Positions 58,340-64,000 of a stretch of DNA of 64,000 nt are shown here, piece after piece; the stretch's first letter is position 1, and each line of letters starts with the position of its first letter. Where the stretch lies: contig OZ237743.1 in assembly GCA_965178125.1 (NCBI GenBank), positions 930,001-994,000 of the forward strand. The letters are read 5' to 3'. The notes beneath the pieces are model-generated. The model saw only the letters and a list, made by a program, of their open reading frames with translations, ran no database searches and was not told the origin of the DNA. Made by a program: the position numbers and the translations under genes. The stretch is from Bilabrum cf. latius (Eukaryota).

Positions 58340-61300
58340 TGCCCTTGCCATCGCCCTCGCTGTCCAAGGACGACGTCCCGGCTGTGGACCACTTGGTCGC
58401 GCCTGGCAGGCTGGGGGTGCGATGCATCTTCTTCCCCTGGCCCTTTCTGGCCGCCCTGGAGCTTGACGACGAAGATAAAGGGAGAGCACTCGTGGCATTG
58501 GGCCCTGACTTGCCGCCTTGGCCCGATCTAGCAGTACCTCGGCTGCTGCTGCCCGGATGGCGCATGCCGGCCCGTTCTGAGCCTCGACTAGAGCTGCTCT
58601 AGTGATGTGTGCCCTTGCCAGCCGATCGGCACGCAGGCCTGACGCCTCGCTGCCGGCTTGCAGTTGCTGGCGATGGCTCGTGCTTGCCCGTCGGCGCGAG
58701 GGCGGCAGCGGCAGCACAGGCGGTTTGGTTGCTGCCAGTCCGTGGCCTTTGTGGCTTGGAACCATTCTCCATCGGCTGCTGCCCCTTTACGTGCTACTGG
58801 CTGTCTCTCTCCAGTTCGCCCATGGCACCTGCCGCCAGTCCCACCTCCTCGTCCACCAGGAGCACCTGCCCATCAAGTGGAGCCCTCCCATCCTCAGAGA
58901 ATGGCTCCACCTGATGGTCCCGGCTCCGCATGGGAGTGCTGGGCAAGATGCCGTTGGATGCAGCGGCCATGGCTCTCTCGATCGTTTCGCTGCCGCTGGT
59001 GCTGGTGCTTCCAGTGCGGCCGCTCGTGATCGTGTCACCATCCTCGTCACCGTCCTCGTCCGCATGGTCAATGTCAGCAGACCTGGTGGACCGTATGGCT
59101 TCTGTGCCGGGCGCAAGCACACCCACCACTCTGCTCGAATCCACGATAGTCCCGTTGGGCCTGAGCATGCCCAGGAGCGAGGGCACTGCCCGGGGCTGCC
59201 CCGTTGCAGAAGCAGACGACGATGCCTGCGACTGAATTAGCACGGGCGATGCCCCACTTTGGCCACCCTCACATGGCTTAGGGGTCGCTCCTCCAGACAC
59301 GCCCACGCTGGAGGAGGCGGGCCCCATGGCCTCGCTCTGCTGCATGGCGCCGGAGCTCTGCTCGCTGTTGCCTGCTAATGGGCTGTTGCTGTTGCCCGAC
59401 TTCCTGCCGGGCGCATGCAGGGCCTGCTCCATGGCGTGGCTCTGGCTCCAACTGGACGAGGATGTGCCCCTGCCTTCCCTCCGCTTGCGCCCGCGTCGGC
59501 TCTTTCTGCCGTCCATTGAGACCCTCCTTCCCTACCGGCCCGTGCTGTCCTCTGCAGAGTCATGCATGCCCGGCTGCGGCGGCTGCTAACCGAAAGGGGG
59601 TGTGCTGGACTCGCGGTCTCCATCTCTCTCCGTCGGGCCCCCGCTTCCTCTTGCTGCAGACAGCCGCTTCCGCCCTGACGAGGCGATCCCTGCCCCTGCC
59701 GTTGCTGCTGCTGCTGCTGGGGGTGCACGTGCACCCGCTCCTGCACGCAAGTCCATCGTGCTGGGCTTCATACCACGCACGGCCTCTTGCCCCAACATTC
59801 CGACCGAGTCCACCGATGAGCCTGCGCTGGTGCCGTCGCTCTGCCCGGTTGCGACCACCACAGTACCGGGCTTGTTGGTCCGGTAGACGTCGTCGCTTGC
59901 GTGGTACGTTGCAGACCGCGAGGATGCTGCAACCTCAACCATGCCCTTGCCTTCACTCGCACATCCCTTGGGCCTGTGCATGGCCACCACTGCCACCCCA
60001 GACCCCGACCGCGACTCCATCTGCACCTGCCCCGGTGGTTGGGCTCCCCTTGGGGTCGGGGGCCGCTGGATGGAGCGGTCTGTCGTGGCCGGGTCCTGCA
60101 TGCCGTCGTGACCGATGGCCAGTAGCCCGCGCATGTTGAGCAGCATGCCTTCCTGCTCTTGTTCGTCCAACTGCTGCTGGGGCTGAGACTGCTGGGGCTG
60201 GGGCTAAGCAAGCCCCGAGCTGGACCCTGATCCGGACCCTCCTTTCACCCCTTCCGATGTCTCGCTGTTCCCCGTCATGGCAGCAGCTCCATTCGCCGCG
60301 ACCTTCGACTCGAATGATCCGGATCCGGAAGGGCTCCCCGCCTGTCTGCCCCTTATGCTCGACTCTTTGGACACTCCACGCAGCCAGACGTCACTGCCAC
60401 CGACACCGCCGGCCGACACACCGCTCCGATGCGTGGCGGTGGTGACCTGCATAGCGGCATTGCCAGCACGAGTGACGCTGTACAGGCCAGCCGCAGTCGT
60501 ACTACTGCCGCCCCGGGCAGACCCAGAGTGATCCACGGCTCGGTTGGAGGCGTTCCGACCGTGCGCCCGTCCGTGCCCGGTGCTGGGTCCCGCCGCACGG
60601 CCCTCTCTGGTCATACCCCTCCCCTGCTCCTGCCTCCTGCCCCTCCGAGGTGCACGCGCTCTGTGCGACTCAGCCACGTCCTCGTAGACCGCCCTCCGGC
60701 GGAACACCTCTACTTCCACCGCCCCCGCCCTCTCCAAGGGGGCGAGCCCCTGCAGCCTGAGCGGGGAAGGGCCAGCCACGGGCTGCAGGTGCTGGGGCTG
60801 GGCCCGGCCCCCGGCGCCTGCCTCCAGCGGTGATGCCTGCGGGGGCTCTTCCAGGGAGTCTTCCGGGTCACCGTGGATGACATCACCGCGTGGAGTTGTC
60901 CCACGGGGCGTTCCAACGGGGCTGCACTCGACGCCGAGCGAGCTCCTGCCAGCAAGCTCTATCTTGCCAGCAGTCCTTAGGCTGCCGACCGTGTCGCTCG
61001 TTGCTCCAGCAACCAATCGATCGCCCGAATCGCTCGTGCCTCTTTGCGAGCCACGCCCTGGTAGAACCGAGCTAGCAGCCGCGTCATTGGACCACTGGGT
61101 GCCATGCCTGCGGCGTTGGCGGGAGCGCAGGCGTCGCTCACGCTCCTCTTCGTCCAGGGCGGTCCTGGCTCGCATCTACCTCCGGTGCAATACGGCTGCT
61201 TGCCACCTCTCGATCGTGCCTGACGGTACCAGCCTTCTGCCTTCGTGAGCGCATGGCTTGGTCAGAATCTCCAGCTCGTCCGCTGCCAGCCCAAAATCGA

Positions 61301-62579
61301 TGAGCTTCAGGTGGCCCTCGGCCGTGATGAGGACGTTCTCGCTCTTGAGATCTCGGTGCAGGATGCCCAGCCGGTGCAGGTGCGCAATGCTCATGACAAT
61401 CTCTGCGATCAAAGTGGCGGCATTCTGCTCGGGCAGTCGGCGCACGCCTTTCAGCAGTGAATACAGGTCGCCCCCCGGCACAAACTCCTGCACAACCACC
61501 AGTTTCGTTCTTGTAGTTGTCCATCCGTGTATCTAGGCGACGTAGGGATTTCGATCAACCGACGCAAGAGCTGCAATCATCGGTTCCTGCGAATCGAAGG
61601 GCCGAGGATACGAAAAATTGCGAAATCTCGGCGCATCGGCGAATGCATGTCGCAAACAGATGGTCGCAAGCATTCGGAAACAGCATCGGGATTGGGAACC
61701 GGCTTATGGGGAGGAATGCAGTGTGATCCAAAACCACTGTCTTACCTGTTCACATCTTTGAAGCATGTTTGATCCTCGCTGGCGAAGGGCTTGCAGATCG
61801 ATGGCCTTGGCGACGCTCACGGTTCCAAGGACATTACCGCCGAAGGTGCTGTCGTCCAAAACACGTTCTGAGGACCTCTACCGCGGTTTAGCCAGCATCA
61901 CGCGGCCAAATCCGCCTTTCGCGTAAGGCTTAAGAAACTACAGGCTTTGAAGATACAAAGTGTGGGAGTTTTGCGACTTCAATTGTCCCCCACTGGTCGC
62001 TGCAGGGCTCACAGAAGGCAGCATGGTCTCGCACGCGTCGATGATCCTAAGCATGCGAGAAGACAGCACACTCGGCCAAGGCGCGTTCATTTTCGAATAC
62101 TACCTTAGTCCAGCCAAAATGCTGCGAGCGGTTGCACCTTTGGCCGCTAGCTCTGGCGCGAAAGGAGTGACCGTGGACTTCGAGGGTTCGTGAATTTGCC
62201 GGCTAGTTCTTCCGCTTTCAACGGTAGATAAGGCCAGTGCAAACAGTCTGCGAAGTACAATTATAGTAGATCTCTCAATCTTTGGCCCGTAGCGACGGGA
62301 CAGCTCCAAGCATTGGCCACTTAGAGACGATACGGCGCCAAGGCCGGCAAGTGCTGTTGATGTCTCGGCCAAATCGCTCCCAGTAGAATGAACACGGTGC
62401 CCCCCTTGCCCCAAGTGCTCGGCCAGGACCGTTAGACTACATATACTTAGATCAAGTGGCAAGCTTTCCGTTGCCCCTGCGTCCTTAAGAGGCACTGACG
62501 GAGCAGATCGTCCTTGAGGCTGCTGCGGTGGCGACAATTCCGGCACTGCTTCGCTGCTAAGCGACAAGTTGCAGCCCAT
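57486..62579 (-). CDS. Greatwall/MAST/Rim15-like AGC kinase 3 (~1,644 aa), tandem paralogue of kinase 2
   Basis: MGCNLSL start; intron 61745..61587 at the same position as in kinases 1 and 2. Same motifs, ~1,000-aa insert. Spliced length is divisible by 3. TGA at 57486. Confidence 0.82.
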
Positions 62580-63121
62580 GACACCTTGCTAGTTCGGTTT
62601 CTTGATTCAGACAAAACTAGTATTTGTCCGACAACTAAGCTACGACTCTCTCGTAGCGTCGTGTTGAATATGGGGTTGATCAAGGCACTTTCGAGCCGGA
62701 TTGCGCTACTCAATCCACTCAAGGTACACGTCACTTTATAAATGGAAGCCAGACTGTTGCCGGTCTTCGCGGTTAACTCAACGAATGTGTTTTCTCGAGC
62801 AGTGATTGAGAATATCTCTAGCAACTATCTAATAAACAAGGATATACCGCGCATGGCTGCGCGATATCGTTCGGTACCGCGAGGGAACGTGGATCGCGTA
62901 CCTGGAGACAATCAAGCGATGCCCTGCAGCAAGACATACAACGGAAAGGGTAGGCGTAGATATCTACTTATTCTTTTATCCCAAGTCAATCCTGTGGTTG
63001 AATGCCCCTTGCGATGCAAGTGAAACTGGCTCTACGTGGCTGACTGTTCGTGGACTTCACAAGCAAAATTGGATTGAGCTACGCCGAGGTCAGTCAAACT
63101 GTACGATGAACGCGTATGCTT

Positions 63122-64000
63122 TTATCCGGTGTCATCCGCGGCATATTCGTCGGCCTTTTGGATCTCATCCGCCTGCTGCTGCAGCTGCTCGGCAGTTTGC
63201 GGCATCGCGATACGAGTGCCGATCACTGCGTTTCCGAAGTGTATAGCTCGCTCCGCTGGCGTCAGATGCATCCAGATGCGATGCTCTCGCTGTAGATTTG
63301 ACTGGCCCACCTGCCAGAGCATTTCGTGTTCCCACTGGCCGCTGGTGGTGCCATGCTTGCCGTCCTGGATTAACAGCGCCAAGCTCGCGGGTTCGAATCC
63401 CAGTGATTCAAACGCGCGAGCCATCCTCCTGTGCCTCACGGCATGCCACAGCCGCAACCCTGTCCCCGCCTGAGGTGCTACCGGCATACCTTGCGCAGGA
63501 TCGAGCGCCCGCGCGACGGCCCTCATTCTCGCCAGCTCTTTCCTCTGCTGCCGCGTGAGACGAGCACGAGCAGCTGAAGGGGTGTCAGGGGAGGCACCGT
63601 TTCGTGCGGCTGGAGACTCACCCTCATTGCTGGCTACCCTTGCTCTCTCCTAGAGGTTCCCCAACCCCCCCGACTCGAAGGAGTCCCACTCGTCACCCTC
63701 AACACCGCCATCCTAGCCGACCCCATCCCCTACCAAGTCCGGGTCCAGCACCCGCACCAGGGGGTCTTCCCCCTATAGCCCGTCACTCTCTTCTGCGATA
63801 CCTAGCTCATAAATCCCGCCGTCCAGCCACGCATCGTACTCGTGCATCCCATCCTCGCGAAGAGGCACGTCTTCAACCGCATTCCCATCCCCGGCCCCAT
63901 CCCACTTGCTCCGGACCCACTTGAGCAGAGGGCCCATCCACCCCGCCGATCCGTCCCCATTGCCACCGCCGCCCTTCGCTGCAGTGCCGTGCATCACACT
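63122..64000 (-). CDS. Hypothetical protein, C-terminal part (start beyond window)
   Basis: ORFs 63773..63997 and 63122..63526 are in the same frame and join across 3 TAGs. Ends in TAA at 63122. Confidence 0.6.

Overview
Gene-dense, GC-rich eukaryotic nuclear DNA with mostly short GT-AG introns (about 75-220 nt, one of 399 nt). The organism is most likely a stramenopile flagellate, inferred from an aureochrome-type bZIP-LOV gene and a Sig/Mas-type mastigoneme EGF protein. The main result is a non-standard nuclear genetic code. Nearly every gene contains in-frame TAG codons (about 90+ by my manual count). These fall at conserved Gln positions (XPD GIPF*YT and DALR*ASQC; CMC4 C*ALACEI*KCL; DEAH helicase LLHEYCQS*KRP) and one aligns with CAG in a paralogue. 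Genes end only in TGA or TAA, so UAG = Gln while UAA remains a stop. Read with this code, the fragmented ORF track collapses into intact genes: TIM44-like (partial), P-IIB Ca2+-ATPase, aureochrome, UNG, a head-to-head SPFH pair, three tandem 4,903-bp copies of an orphan ~1,480-aa surface/membrane protein with a hypervariable patch, a DHX57/29-like helicase, XPD, a mastigoneme protein, an intron-containing Tae4-like (T6SS amidase effector family) gene whose catalytic Cys/His appear replaced, CMC4 (absent from the ORF track), tRNA-Thr(CGU), and three Greatwall/MAST-like kinases with ~640-1,000-aa activation-segment inserts. All family assignments are from motifs recognised by eye; no database searches were run.
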